A DNA stretch of 64,000 nt, from IMG/VR virus record IMGVR_UViG_3300045988_016718. One strand, written 5' to 3'. Source of the DNA: a virus. This document shows, piece after piece, positions 51,201-61,200 of this stretch; positions within the stretch are counted from its first letter, which is position 1; the number at the start of each line of letters is the position of its first letter. The position numbers and the translations under genes are program-made. The notes beneath the pieces are model-generated. The model did not search any database. It was not told the origin of the DNA and saw only the letters and a program-made list of their open reading frames with translations.

Positions 51201-54200
51201 TTATAATAAGGTACAGAAACTAATAGGTACTATTGCAAGTAGAATACCTCAAATACCTTCTGCTTCTATTACTAATGAACAAGAGCTGAATTACCTTGAT
51301 AAGGATACTGAATCTGTTACTTCTACAACAGAGAACAGATACTATAGACCTGCAATTAGTGAATATAATACTCAAAAGCTAGCTCAAGGTATATTTGAAC
51401 CACTTATTGTAAGTAATCCTAATTATCAAGGTATATATAACTTCTTACAGTCTAAAGGTGCATTTGATTATGTCAATAATGGAAATGTTCATGAAGGAGA
51501 TACTCTCACACTTAAGGCAGAAAGAGTAGGAGATTACGATGAAATAGTAATGTATAAGGGTAACCAAGTAGTTGGTACTTTACCTTCACTTGCTACTGCC
51601 AAGAGTAAGAACTATGTGGGACTTGCTAACTTGATTACTAGAGTTGGTAAAGGAGAACAGGCTACACTTACTGTTAATAAGGTAATGTTAGGCAGATTCA
51701 AGTATGATAGAAACCAGACTCAATCTGTTAAGGATGTAGTTAAAGGTAATGCTGTACTCGGTGTAATGAAGAATATGAACTTACAGACTAATGGTGATGT
51801 AAATGCCGAACCAGTATATGATGAAGTTCACTCTGATGGTAAGGTATATCTATTACTTAAGAACAGTAGAGGTACATACTCTCCTAAGCTAGTAAGAGTC
51901 AAGCATTTTAATGCTGAAGAATTTAATCTTGGACAATTAAGTACATCAGGCAATAAGTCTGCACAAAAGATTCATGCTGCAATAGATAAGTTGTCTAAGA
52001 TAAGTAATCCTGACCAAGCATTAACTGCACTTAATGAGTTAGGTAAAGTACTTCATCTTGATAATACTTTCCATATAAGTCTTGACAACATGGGTAATAA
52101 CAAAGTACTTACTGTTAGATGGCTTAAAGATGGAGAATATATTAGGAAGAATATACTTGTTGAAAGAGGTGGAAGTGGAGTAATGACTCTTGACCCTGTT
52201 CAAGGTATGCAATATGATGAAGCTGTACATTCAACTCCTGAAGAGATATATGATGGCATACTTAATGCTCTATATGAGTATAATCCACCATTTAATATAT
52301 CAGCAGGTAAAGTTAACACAGGTACTTATAATCAAGATATACTGAATGATGACTTACTTTACACACACTTGACTGACACTCAAATGACTGGTAGTTGGTT
52401 CACTACTAACTATTATGATGATGCAGGTACAGAACAGAAAGCAGTTAACCCAAAGGGTAGAAGCTTTAACCCTGCAAGTGGTAAAGAAGGTGTTAGTGTA
52501 ACAGTAGGTGGAAGTAGATTCTATGTAGAGAATGGTAACATCTATGATATTAATGAGAACCTAGTTACTCCTTCTAATGCTGGTCTTATCAGAGACTTGG
52601 CTTATGCTGAATCATTATATGGCACTAAGACTAATGGTGCTACTATGGATAGAAACAGAATAGTATTACCTGATGGCAGAGTGCTTAATAGGTCTACTCA
52701 ATCTTATTTATCTACTAGTGAAGCTGATGATGTCAAGAGAGCTATTGAAGGCAGACAGAGTAAGGTAGCTATCATTAACTCAACTCTTCAGAGATTACAG
52801 GAAGACCAGCAAAAGGTCAAGAGAAATCCTGATGGTACAGCTGATACTTCTTCAGGTTCTTATATGGTAATGGAAGAAGATGGACAATACCATGAATATA
52901 GTAGAGTTCATACTGTTATAGGTAGTAACTGGACAGGAGAATTTAGTGGAAACAATGCAGCTACAATGGGTAACCTTGTGGATGATATTGCAAGAAGATT
53001 CTTTGGTTCTAATGAGAAGATTGAGAAACCTTCAAACATGAGCCAGCCAGCATTTAATGCATTGATGAAAGCTCTTAAGCAAATGAGAGTTAATCTTGAA
53101 AATGCAGGTGAGAAACTACTTACTAACAGGATAGTTGTATTCCATAAGTATGAAGATGGTACCAGAGTTGCTGGTGAACTTGATGCTCTTAGTGTTAATG
53201 AACTGACAGGTGAATTTAATATATATGACTTCAAGACTAGCAGATACAGCTTCCATCCTTTTAAGGATAAGTCAGGTGCTGTTATAGATTACTTTAGCTC
53301 TGTTGGTAGTAGACAAACTAGAAGTACAAGAGACCAATATACACTACAGCTTAGTGCATATAAGAACCTGTTTGACAGTAGTTATGATGGTACTATTAAT
53401 TCCTTAGCACTTGTACCATTTGTATTGAACTATACAAAGGATGAATTACAAGGAGTTACAGCGGAGAAAGGAATTAAGTTAACTTATAATCCACTTGTAC
53501 CAGTTAAAGCTGCACAAGGGGTTAAGATACCTGAAACTCCACCTGTAGTAGATAAGTCTAATGAGTTATTACAACCAGAAGTTAAACAGGCTCCAGCTCC
53601 TAAGAATGGATTACCTAATGCAGTTGAAGGTTATGTGATACTTAATGGACAAGTCACTAAGGGCAACATCAGACCTCTTATAGAGGTTGAAGGATTACCT
53701 GTATATTACTATAGAGAACCTGTTGTGACTAAGGGACTTGGTCAAGAAGAAACTACATTATACAAACACTATGCAGTGTTTAATAATGGTAAAATGCTTC
53801 AAATTGTACCAGGTTTACATGGTGAAGATACTATGTCAGAAGAGAAAGCATACAACATGATTAAGGATGCTATAAGTAGGAATCCTGCAAGAGTTGTAAC
53901 AGAATCTCAAGATGTAACGGAACTTAGTGGTAAGCCTATTGTGGTCCAAAAGAAGAATAAGTTACTAGAAGCTATGAAGGATTTGCAAGATGTTAATCAG
54001 AATAATCCTGAATATACAGAGGGGGGTATACCCAAGGTGGCTGAATCTCCACAAGAGAATACAGTTAAACCTGAACCTTATGATTCATTATTCAATGACA
54101 GTCATAGGAAGTTTGATGACTTGGATATTGAGACTCAAGAACTGCTTGAATTAGCAGGTTGGAGTAGTGATTCATGGAATGATGCTTCTGTTGAAGAAAG

Positions 54201-54234
54201 AGATAAAGGTCTTGAACAATTAGGTTGTTTCTAA
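48277..54234 (+). CDS. Giant (about 1985 aa) putative ejection protein with an embedded PD-(D/E)xK nuclease domain
   Basis: The ATG at 48277 (MAQDNFNYG) lies 1 nt after the previous stop. The RecB-family motifs are GELDAL (about 53173-53190), IYDFKTS (53221-53241) and QLSAY (53347-53361). Confidence 0.75.
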   Translation: MAQDNFNYGTPLKGVNRRQGILDELKRNGYDVSFADPTPGYAARQQEMNISTPAVQEIGVAGLNDSMYDKDITSATQLDDLNNTRGELQPWYAQLGAGLGKGVVLAGTTFLDGTLGVVVGAANAIDKGEWSGFWDNDFAKGMKQVNDWSEQMMPNYRTNEEIQNDQNGEWYKNIWTANWWGDKFIKNLGFTAGAMATGNLVSGALKGAPAMVRSIVGSAVSAINEGKIEAYNNANEWYDFEKAKVDDAYQQRLQAIDQNYKGTEMYNALMQDAKQTYDQSLAKLNEDKAKVGNVDLALNIPILTASNWFMWGKLYSKGANTAIRDTKIAMKNGKYASTRMPVKAAAGFLSEGAEEMEQKIAATIPGLKYGSEVENFYMSKWDPEAAQQSLNWLQASAKGISDTVGDPASWEEFTIGAMTGAMGMPMFRSAKSSEGKWRSPVTIEGGIVGEFRDYQEGKARDNEMINYLNSRIEDPNFQNYYQGLVRHNYYQNQMDAAAAEGDVAGFKDAESSQFISDIVMFDNAGKLNDLTEMINQAYDTSDENLDNIIKNTTDENGNGPFSTNGNAMDREDMIQSLTEDRDDILRKIKDYRTTKDKIIRVGSPDLTSEQVSELTWLNMKHGDYVERFNEVADDIREALKMNFATLEKEGKTMDRTILDLNNQELLAVLADPKNESFVAMQSAVRKILNDSYNIDKVDIEQSVKDLKKLAEKAVEFSNRFTDLLTHPEKMQEATSAADEQVANRAQEEQLAQVRGQLTNAQSFSDIADIVGENNVGDELLSENTNPLAKDFKKAMSFGAEMGKLINESELSDADKEALNALLDKRFKEEKSLADLTSPELITEPEGELSEAAANLFQNMIAEAATNAQEKDAIPDATPTPSGREVGKETTGSDATTTIPTETKNPYNDLIGEVSQTIDKEYLDDLSLAPRIRTLETLVAKAASTKSEEDIRKASSELNNLIDDIGGLPEMSSEDTYNKVQKLIGTIASRIPQIPSASITNEQELNYLDKDTESVTSTTENRYYRPAISEYNTQKLAQGIFEPLIVSNPNYQGIYNFLQSKGAFDYVNNGNVHEGDTLTLKAERVGDYDEIVMYKGNQVVGTLPSLATAKSKNYVGLANLITRVGKGEQATLTVNKVMLGRFKYDRNQTQSVKDVVKGNAVLGVMKNMNLQTNGDVNAEPVYDEVHSDGKVYLLLKNSRGTYSPKLVRVKHFNAEEFNLGQLSTSGNKSAQKIHAAIDKLSKISNPDQALTALNELGKVLHLDNTFHISLDNMGNNKVLTVRWLKDGEYIRKNILVERGGSGVMTLDPVQGMQYDEAVHSTPEEIYDGILNALYEYNPPFNISAGKVNTGTYNQDILNDDLLYTHLTDTQMTGSWFTTNYYDDAGTEQKAVNPKGRSFNPASGKEGVSVTVGGSRFYVENGNIYDINENLVTPSNAGLIRDLAYAESLYGTKTNGATMDRNRIVLPDGRVLNRSTQSYLSTSEADDVKRAIEGRQSKVAIINSTLQRLQEDQQKVKRNPDGTADTSSGSYMVMEEDGQYHEYSRVHTVIGSNWTGEFSGNNAATMGNLVDDIARRFFGSNEKIEKPSNMSQPAFNALMKALKQMRVNLENAGEKLLTNRIVVFHKYEDGTRVAGELDALSVNELTGEFNIYDFKTSRYSFHPFKDKSGAVIDYFSSVGSRQTRSTRDQYTLQLSAYKNLFDSSYDGTINSLALVPFVLNYTKDELQGVTAEKGIKLTYNPLVPVKAAQGVKIPETPPVVDKSNELLQPEVKQAPAPKNGLPNAVEGYVILNGQVTKGNIRPLIEVEGLPVYYYREPVVTKGLGQEETTLYKHYAVFNNGKMLQIVPGLHGEDTMSEEKAYNMIKDAISRNPARVVTESQDVTELSGKPIVVQKKNKLLEAMKDLQDVNQNNPEYTEGGIPKVAESPQENTVKPEPYDSLFNDSHRKFDDLDIETQELLELAGWSSDSWNDASVEERDKGLEQLGCF

Positions 54235-54246
54235 GCAAGAAAAAAT

Positions 54247-54283
54247 AAAGGGAGATAGAATTAACTATCTCCCTTTTCTTTTT
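54247..54283. terminator. Bidirectional intrinsic terminator between convergent arms
   Basis: Hairpin AAGGGAGATAG-AATTAA-CTATCTCCCTT. It is flanked by an A-tract (AGAAAAAATAAA) on the left and a T-tract (TTCTTTTT) on the right. Confidence 0.8.
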
Positions 54284-57200
54284 ATCTAGCATCCATTTTA
54301 AACCACCTTGCTGGTTGGTCAGGGTCAAGTGCATTAAGTACTTGTTTCCTGAATGGAAGTAAATCAAATATGTATTTTTCAGCTTTGGTGTATCCCTTAT
54401 ATGGTCCAGTCTCAATGACTTCATTATAGCTTTCAGGATAGAACAACTTGATTACATTCCTTAATTTCTTCATTGTAGGAATAATAACAGTTGGGTCATC
54501 AAGTAGCTTAAGAGATTCATCAAGCATTGTAGGACTTGGAAGCATAACACCAATATCACTCTTTAGCCTTAGAGCTGAATATGCAGCCATTCTAAGTACC
54601 CAAGGTTTATCTTCATCATCACCACCTGCTTCTTCAAGCAGACCAAGTAACAATGTAAGACCAATATAGGTTCCTATCTCCATTAATCCCTTTCTGATAT
54701 TACCTTTCTCAAGAGGAGTAAGCCCCTTCCATTGACTGATAATATCAAACTCCGATTGCTTGATGTCCTTATACATTTGCTTCAAGAACCTGTAACCAGT
54801 TTGGTAATAACCCTCTGTATAGTCCTGTAAGTCAAAGTTATATTTACCTCTACCAAATCTATTTAACCATAATGGTCTCATCCAGTCTCTATACATCATA
54901 GCCATTCTACCAACTGCTAGTTGTTTTGCAGCTATTCTGTCCTCACTGTTATATATACCATACAGGTTATTTTCAATACCTCTTACTCTATTTGAGAAAG
55001 CAAGTATATCATCTTGAGTAAACTGACTTCCATCAGCCTTTGTTACACCTTTCTTAAGCTGTAATTTAGCACCCATGTTCTTGTTTTTCCCATCAATAGG
55101 AACTACTTCAAGTGCATTCCAAAGACTAATGTTATTACCATTTGCATCCTTCAATTTGAACCTGTCAGCAAGAGCAATAGCAATCCTGTTTTGTGTCCAA
55201 TGGTCACCGGCTTGAGTAGTGAAGAATATAGCATTTTCTCCTATTAATCTTGTTGCCCAAGTCTTTTTGTTCCAATTCACATTTCTGACACTTTGCTTGT
55301 AGTCCTGTTGAACATTAAACAATTCATCAAATAGTGCAATCTTGCTTGTCTTGATTCTATTACCAATCTCTGCAAGATATGCTGGAAGATGAGTACCATA
55401 TTCCTTATCAGCATAAGCTAATTCCAAGTGATTGAAGAACCTGCCTGATGCAGCTTCAATGTTACTTGTTGCAAAGTTCTGTAACATGTTGGCTGTACCT
55501 GTGAGTAAGCTAAGAGCTGTAGTACTGTAACTTGTCATCTTCATAAGCAAAGCCACTGCCTTATTGGTATCAATCTTACTCTCACCAATAGTGCCACTAT
55601 CCTTCATGTATCTACCATATACTTGCATCTCCATGAATGAATTAAGCTTATCCATGAAGAAAGAGTTACTGCCTTTCTTAGTTAATAGGTTCTTTACTTC
55701 AGCCCCTAATACTTTGAATCCTTCAACTCTTCTTCTATCACCTTCAAGGTCTGCTACTTTCCTTTCAGCAAGCACAAGTCTGCCTACTTCAAGTGTATCA
55801 AGTACTTCATTCATTCTATTGAAATCATTGACCATAGAAGCATAAGCTATCATAGATGATGTAGAGTCAAGAGACAAGTCTCTCATATCCTCAAGTTGTC
55901 TTGTATAATATATGGGTAACTTATTAACTGGATTACCCTCAAAGTCCATTAGTACAGACTTATCATCCTTATATTGTACATCAACATCATCTTCTCTTCT
56001 CACTAAGGTATCCTTCATAGTTTCCCAAAAGTATTTGGCTTTGTTACCACTTCCTAGCATCCTTTGTAAGAAGTCTCTCCTAATCTGTGGTGCCCTATTT
56101 ACTTTGGTATATTCCTGTGGCAGGATATTATCTAACTTAGCCTTGAGGTCCATAATGAACTTGTAATACTCCTTTTGTGCAGAATTAAGGCTTGCAAATG
56201 CCTTGCTCTTGTATTTAGTCATGCTAGGGACAATATTGTTATGTTCGTCCCTGCTACTGTTTTCTGCATACCATATAGCTATTTCCCTTGACCTTTCAAG
56301 TAAGTCCTCACCTTCAGGATTCTCTCCATACTTATTCTTAAGATAATCATTGAACTTTCTCTTTTCAGCCCTATATGTTGCCCAGTCCACAGGTTGTACA
56401 AAGTAACCTGTTGGTACACCATTGGCATCTCTTTCATACATCCAGTCAGTATTCTTGATACCAGCTTTCTCAAGTTTCATAGCAGCATATTCAATATCCT
56501 TTTGCATATTGATAGTATCCTGTCTAGCTTCAAACTTTTGCTTCTTGACTACTTGGTCATAGATTTGTAACATAGGGTCTGAACTGTCAGCCATACTGTC
56601 AAGCCATCTGTCAAAGAAAGTAATGTCTCTGTCCATTGAAGTAACAAGTTCTTCTGCTGTATAAGTCTTTTTGTACTTATCTCTAGCAATAGTGATACTT
56701 AATCCTTCACCAACAAATGGTTTAATAAAATCAGTAAATAATGTCTTACTTACATCATAGAAGTCAGCACTTAAATCCTGTATGATAACAGTATTCTGGT
56801 CAAGAAGATTCCTCAACTTATCCTTGAATCTATTATCACCTTCTGCTGATGCAGCATTCATATCCTTCCTGATTTCAAGTATGATACTACCATAAGATGA
56901 CATATAGTTTCTGATGTTCCTTAATGCAGACATCTTCTCATTGAGAGGTGCATCCATATCCACTACTGTACTTAATCTGCCTTGTAGCTTCTCAAGTACT
57001 CCAAGACTGGTTTGTATATACTTATAAATACCTTCCAGTGCTTGATTTTCTGCAATAGATTGATTCAACTCTTCAATATATGCTTGCTGGGATGCATTAA
57101 AGTCTTCCTTCTTACCATATATCTTCAACCTCTTAAGCTCTTGTTCTATGATTCTATTAAGTAGATTGACATCTCTGTCAACCTTAGAAGTAAGACTGTA

Positions 57201-58274
57201 GAACTGTCTGTTATATTGAGGACTGTTAATCCTTAGATTAAACTTGCCTGTAGTAATATCCTGTGCTATCTGATTAGCCTCATTCTGTGCCTGTTGTACA
57301 ATAACATCAATATCAGAACCATTGAATCTTGAGAAGAAATTTTTTAGAGAGGTTAGGAACCTCTGGAACAAACTGGGACTTGGAGAATAAATGTCATTGT
57401 TGACAAGGGCTTTAGCTACCATTTTACCTAGAGCTTCTTCAGCTAACATTCTCAAGTCTCCATTATACTTGGCTGAATAGTTATCATAGTCAGTACCAAG
57501 TATTCTCCTTAGTGCTTCTTCATTAGTTAATGAGTTGATTGCTCTTGTCTTTATAGGATTCTCTCCCATAGCTTCAATAGCAAAGTGAGCAAACTCTTCA
57601 GGAAGAGCAGCTTGTCCTTCTTCGCCCTTAGCAAGTCTGATTACTTGTCTAAGTCCTGTAGCAGCATCCATTGCTACACTTAAGTCCATAACACCATTAA
57701 CACCTAGTCTTTCTTCAAGACTAGTGAGTGCACCAATACCAATACCCCATGAATTAAGTAAGCCCTCAAGCTTCTTGTTCAGACTATAATTAACAGCAAG
57801 TCTTTGTGGCTCACTATTCCTCTTTTCCCTATTAGGTTTAACAATAATAGTAGCACCACTGTTCTTGCCATCATAAGCTTCCTCTACTGTGGCAAAGTAC
57901 TTGTCTCTAAATGGACTGTTGTTATTGAACCTTACAGCCTGTTCCTGCAATGCAGATACATGACCATAGTCTTTAGGTTGTAATACCACCTTACCATTTT
58001 GTGTATGTCCTATCTCCCTATTAAGCATAGAAAGAGTCTCACTCTCATCTTTCAGCTTGGATATACCAATCTTGTTAAGTAAGTCATCAAATAGTGGCTC
58101 ACCATATTTATCATGCCTTACACTAGGGAACTTCTTTTGGAAGTCCACACTCTTAGCTCTAGTGTACCAGAACATAGCATCTTTCCTGTTGCCAAAGAAA
58201 TTCTCTAATTGAGAGTAGAGAGGGGATACTATCCCCTCAACTACCTCTGGTCTTAATTTACATTTTTTTGCCAT
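54282..58274 (-). CDS. Giant virion-associated protein downstream of the vRNAP gene
   Basis: About 1330 aa from the ATG at 58274 (MAKKCKLRPE), 7 nt after the upstream stop. The track start at 58322 overlaps the upstream gene. No motif was recognised. Confidence 0.7.
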   Translation of the reverse strand: MAKKCKLRPEVVEGIVSPLYSQLENFFGNRKDAMFWYTRAKSVDFQKKFPSVRHDKYGEPLFDDLLNKIGISKLKDESETLSMLNREIGHTQNGKVVLQPKDYGHVSALQEQAVRFNNNSPFRDKYFATVEEAYDGKNSGATIIVKPNREKRNSEPQRLAVNYSLNKKLEGLLNSWGIGIGALTSLEERLGVNGVMDLSVAMDAATGLRQVIRLAKGEEGQAALPEEFAHFAIEAMGENPIKTRAINSLTNEEALRRILGTDYDNYSAKYNGDLRMLAEEALGKMVAKALVNNDIYSPSPSLFQRFLTSLKNFFSRFNGSDIDVIVQQAQNEANQIAQDITTGKFNLRINSPQYNRQFYSLTSKVDRDVNLLNRIIEQELKRLKIYGKKEDFNASQQAYIEELNQSIAENQALEGIYKYIQTSLGVLEKLQGRLSTVVDMDAPLNEKMSALRNIRNYMSSYGSIILEIRKDMNAASAEGDNRFKDKLRNLLDQNTVIIQDLSADFYDVSKTLFTDFIKPFVGEGLSITIARDKYKKTYTAEELVTSMDRDITFFDRWLDSMADSSDPMLQIYDQVVKKQKFEARQDTINMQKDIEYAAMKLEKAGIKNTDWMYERDANGVPTGYFVQPVDWATYRAEKRKFNDYLKNKYGENPEGEDLLERSREIAIWYAENSSRDEHNNIVPSMTKYKSKAFASLNSAQKEYYKFIMDLKAKLDNILPQEYTKVNRAPQIRRDFLQRMLGSGNKAKYFWETMKDTLVRREDDVDVQYKDDKSVLMDFEGNPVNKLPIYYTRQLEDMRDLSLDSTSSMIAYASMVNDFNRMNEVLDTLEVGRLVLAERKVADLEGDRRRVEGFKVLGAEVKNLLTKKGSNSFFMDKLNSFMEMQVYGRYMKDSGTIGESKIDTNKAVALLMKMTSYSTTALSLLTGTANMLQNFATSNIEAASGRFFNHLELAYADKEYGTHLPAYLAEIGNRIKTSKIALFDELFNVQQDYKQSVRNVNWNKKTWATRLIGENAIFFTTQAGDHWTQNRIAIALADRFKLKDANGNNISLWNALEVVPIDGKNKNMGAKLQLKKGVTKADGSQFTQDDILAFSNRVRGIENNLYGIYNSEDRIAAKQLAVGRMAMMYRDWMRPLWLNRFGRGKYNFDLQDYTEGYYQTGYRFLKQMYKDIKQSEFDIISQWKGLTPLEKGNIRKGLMEIGTYIGLTLLLGLLEEAGGDDEDKPWVLRMAAYSALRLKSDIGVMLPSPTMLDESLKLLDDPTVIIPTMKKLRNVIKLFYPESYNEVIETGPYKGYTKAEKYIFDLLPFRKQVLNALDPDQPARWFKMDAR

Positions 58275-58281
58275 AATATTA

Positions 58282-61200
58282 TTATAAACAGAAACTTTCA
58301 CCACTTGCAGGGTCAAAGTCATTAGGTGTTAAATTAGCAAGTTCATTTATCATATCTTCTGATACTTCATACCCAAGTACTCTAGCTACATCACTTATAG
58401 GATGTGGAACATCTCTAATATCTCTTGTATCTTCTACTGGAGTATAATCATCATATATATCATTGAATGAAGTACTTGGTTCAGCACTTGAAACAACACT
58501 TTCCATAGCACTTGCATCCATTCCATATTGATATTCAACATACTGGTTCTTTAAACCCAAAGGCTTAATCCTGCTGTACTCTGCTGTACCAGCATCAACA
58601 TTAATCAGTTGGAAATACATGTCCCTACCCTTAACATTGAAGTAAACATATTCATGATATGTGAACTCCTTGTCAGTACTTGGGTCAAATGGCTTAGCCA
58701 ACTGTTTATCATCAAATGATGAGTACTTATCAAGTTTGATATTGAATCCTTCTGTATCAACACCAACCTCAATTGAACTCTTACTTACATCAGGTACAAG
58801 ACTTCTGTTATCCATGTGATTCCTTACATATTGTCTCCAGAAGTTATTGACATCAATTGGATTGGTCATTACTTCTCTAAGACTTCTGATATAGTCTCTA
58901 CTGTTTAACTTAACCTGTGTACTTGTCAGATGCCCAAAACCTGAAGGACTGAATCCAAAACCTTTGAAATAATTATATGTGAACAAGTCTTTAGCCATTT
59001 GAGAGGTTTCCTCATTCATATATAACAATGTAGTCCAGTCTCTGATATATTGTTCCTTTTGCATAGGAGTTATCTTACCTACATTTGTGAACACTATAGA
59101 GGGAACAGGATTATATTTAGTCCTACCAATAACCTTAAGTCTATTGATGAATGACAATTTACTTAGTTCAGGATGAGCTTCTTTAAACTTAGCAAATTCC
59201 TGTGGGAATTGATTGATAAAGTAATCTCTTTTCTCTTGAGCTGTTCTTGTGTCATCTGCACCAAATTGACTGTATTGACTCATATAATAAGTCAGAATGT
59301 CATTGTAGATACTATTTCTGGTCTTTTCATCAAGTCTGCCAAACTTTGTTACATCCTTAAGCATTGCAATTGCCTTGTTGTAATTGTCATTATAGTAAGG
59401 TACATAAGGCTTAAACATATCCTCTGTTCCTTCAATACCATAAGTGAACATTGCTTGAAGAATAGGAGTAGGACTATTAATGATTGTATTTTCATCCATT
59501 CCAAATCCAATGAAGTCTATGCCAGTTAAAGGATAACCTTCTTGCTGTGACTTCTCAAGTAAATCATCCACTCTTTCAATCTTAACAACATTAGCTGCAA
59601 TAGATGGACCAGCTGCACCATTCTGTGTATCTGCTCTAGTTGCTTGAGTCAAGTCTCCTAGGGCAGTTGATAACTTGCTTAACTTGCTGAACATGTATCC
59701 AACCATAAGCTGATTACCAAAGAACTGTGCTTCTTCGATGTTTGATGAATTACCTGAAGGATTATTGGCTGCTGCAATGTTACTTGCAAGCTCACTATCT
59801 GTGAAGTTATGAGAATTAATCTTGTCCCTTGTGTTGATGTTTTCACCACCTGCAAGTTTCTTATATTTCTCAAGTACTTCATTGATAACATCAGTCATTC
59901 CTCTTCTAGTATTCTCAATCATTTCAGTTATCTCTCTGACAATAGGCTGACTGATAATCAAACCTGTAGTCATAGGAGAATGACCCATTCTTAACAGAGT
60001 AAATGCTATATCAGCAGTTACCATGTTGAAGTTCATATCACCTGCAATAGGGTCTTTAGCATTATCCACAAATGCAGCAAGGAAACCTGATACATTTCTG
60101 GTAATAAACTTACCCTCTGCATTCTTTATGTCATGGAATGAGTTATACTGGTGTCCATTGATTGTCAGTACATACTCTGGTGCTATACCCAATTGGGTAC
60201 TCTGCATTAGAGCATGTGAAGCATTATGGTTAGCAGCAATACCAATCAATGATGCTCCAGACATATTCCTTTGATGTAGATTAACCCATGTATCTGGTGT
60301 AAGAGGATTCAATACCTGCTTACTTTCTTTAACAATATTATCCAGTTCATCAAGGCTATAGTTAAGTAGTTTATCTACTCCACCATACTTGCTTTTAAGC
60401 TGGTCTAATGTGTTATTTTGTAAGATAGTAGCAAGTCTTGCTGTTCTCTTTTGTTCATCAAATCCACCTGGGTTAAGGAACTTACCAGCAGTATCACTGT
60501 TAGTAAGTACTGACCACATAAGGTCTATCATCTGACTGTCTCTCTGTGGCTTGTTGTTAGCCTTTGCATTGTTATAGATGTCCATCTTGGAGTCACCACC
60601 TACCTTATTATAATTGTACTTATAAGGTACAACTTTAGGTGTATCATGTCTATACATATCCTGATTCTCTTTGAACCATTCCTTATATACATCATTCTCC
60701 TCAATATCTTCTTCAAGACCAAGCATTTGGTTAATCAAGTCAGCAGTACCAGCATTAGCCTTTTCAAAGTCCTTTCTGGCTCTTGCTCTGTCAAAGTCCT
60801 CAAGATAGAAATCATGGAACATGACATACATCTTATCCACATCAAAGTCAGAACCTGCAATAGTTGTAATATCCTCTGGTAGAATAATTACTGAACCAAC
60901 TTGTCTTGGAAGGAATCCAATTACTCTTAATGGAGCCATTGAATACTTATCCTCTGTTGGAACCCTGTAACCTATTACTTCCCTTAGCTTCTCTGGTACA
61001 ATGAATTTACCACTCTCATCCTTCTTGTTTATGTCAAGTTCATGTGTATTAGGGTCTAACAGTAAGTCATACAGTTTCTCTGATGGACAAGGAAGATAAC
61101 ATTCCATATATTTCAATTTCTTGTTTTCACCCTCTCCCTCAAATACCATTTGAGGCTTCCTTGCTAAACCATAAGCACTTGCTTGAATAAGAGCACCACC

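Noticed and set aside
2758-53234. Dozens of 60-140 aa minus-strand ORFs in the track that lie inside the long + strand genes (for example 8473-8706, 12648-12983, 24173-24568, 29509-29940, 32016-32387, 52908-53234).
   Set aside because: They lie antisense within long, tightly packed, translationally coupled + strand genes. Their products are low-complexity (Ser, Leu, Ile, Phe rich) and they have no promoter or terminator context. They are shadow ORFs typical of AT-rich DNA.
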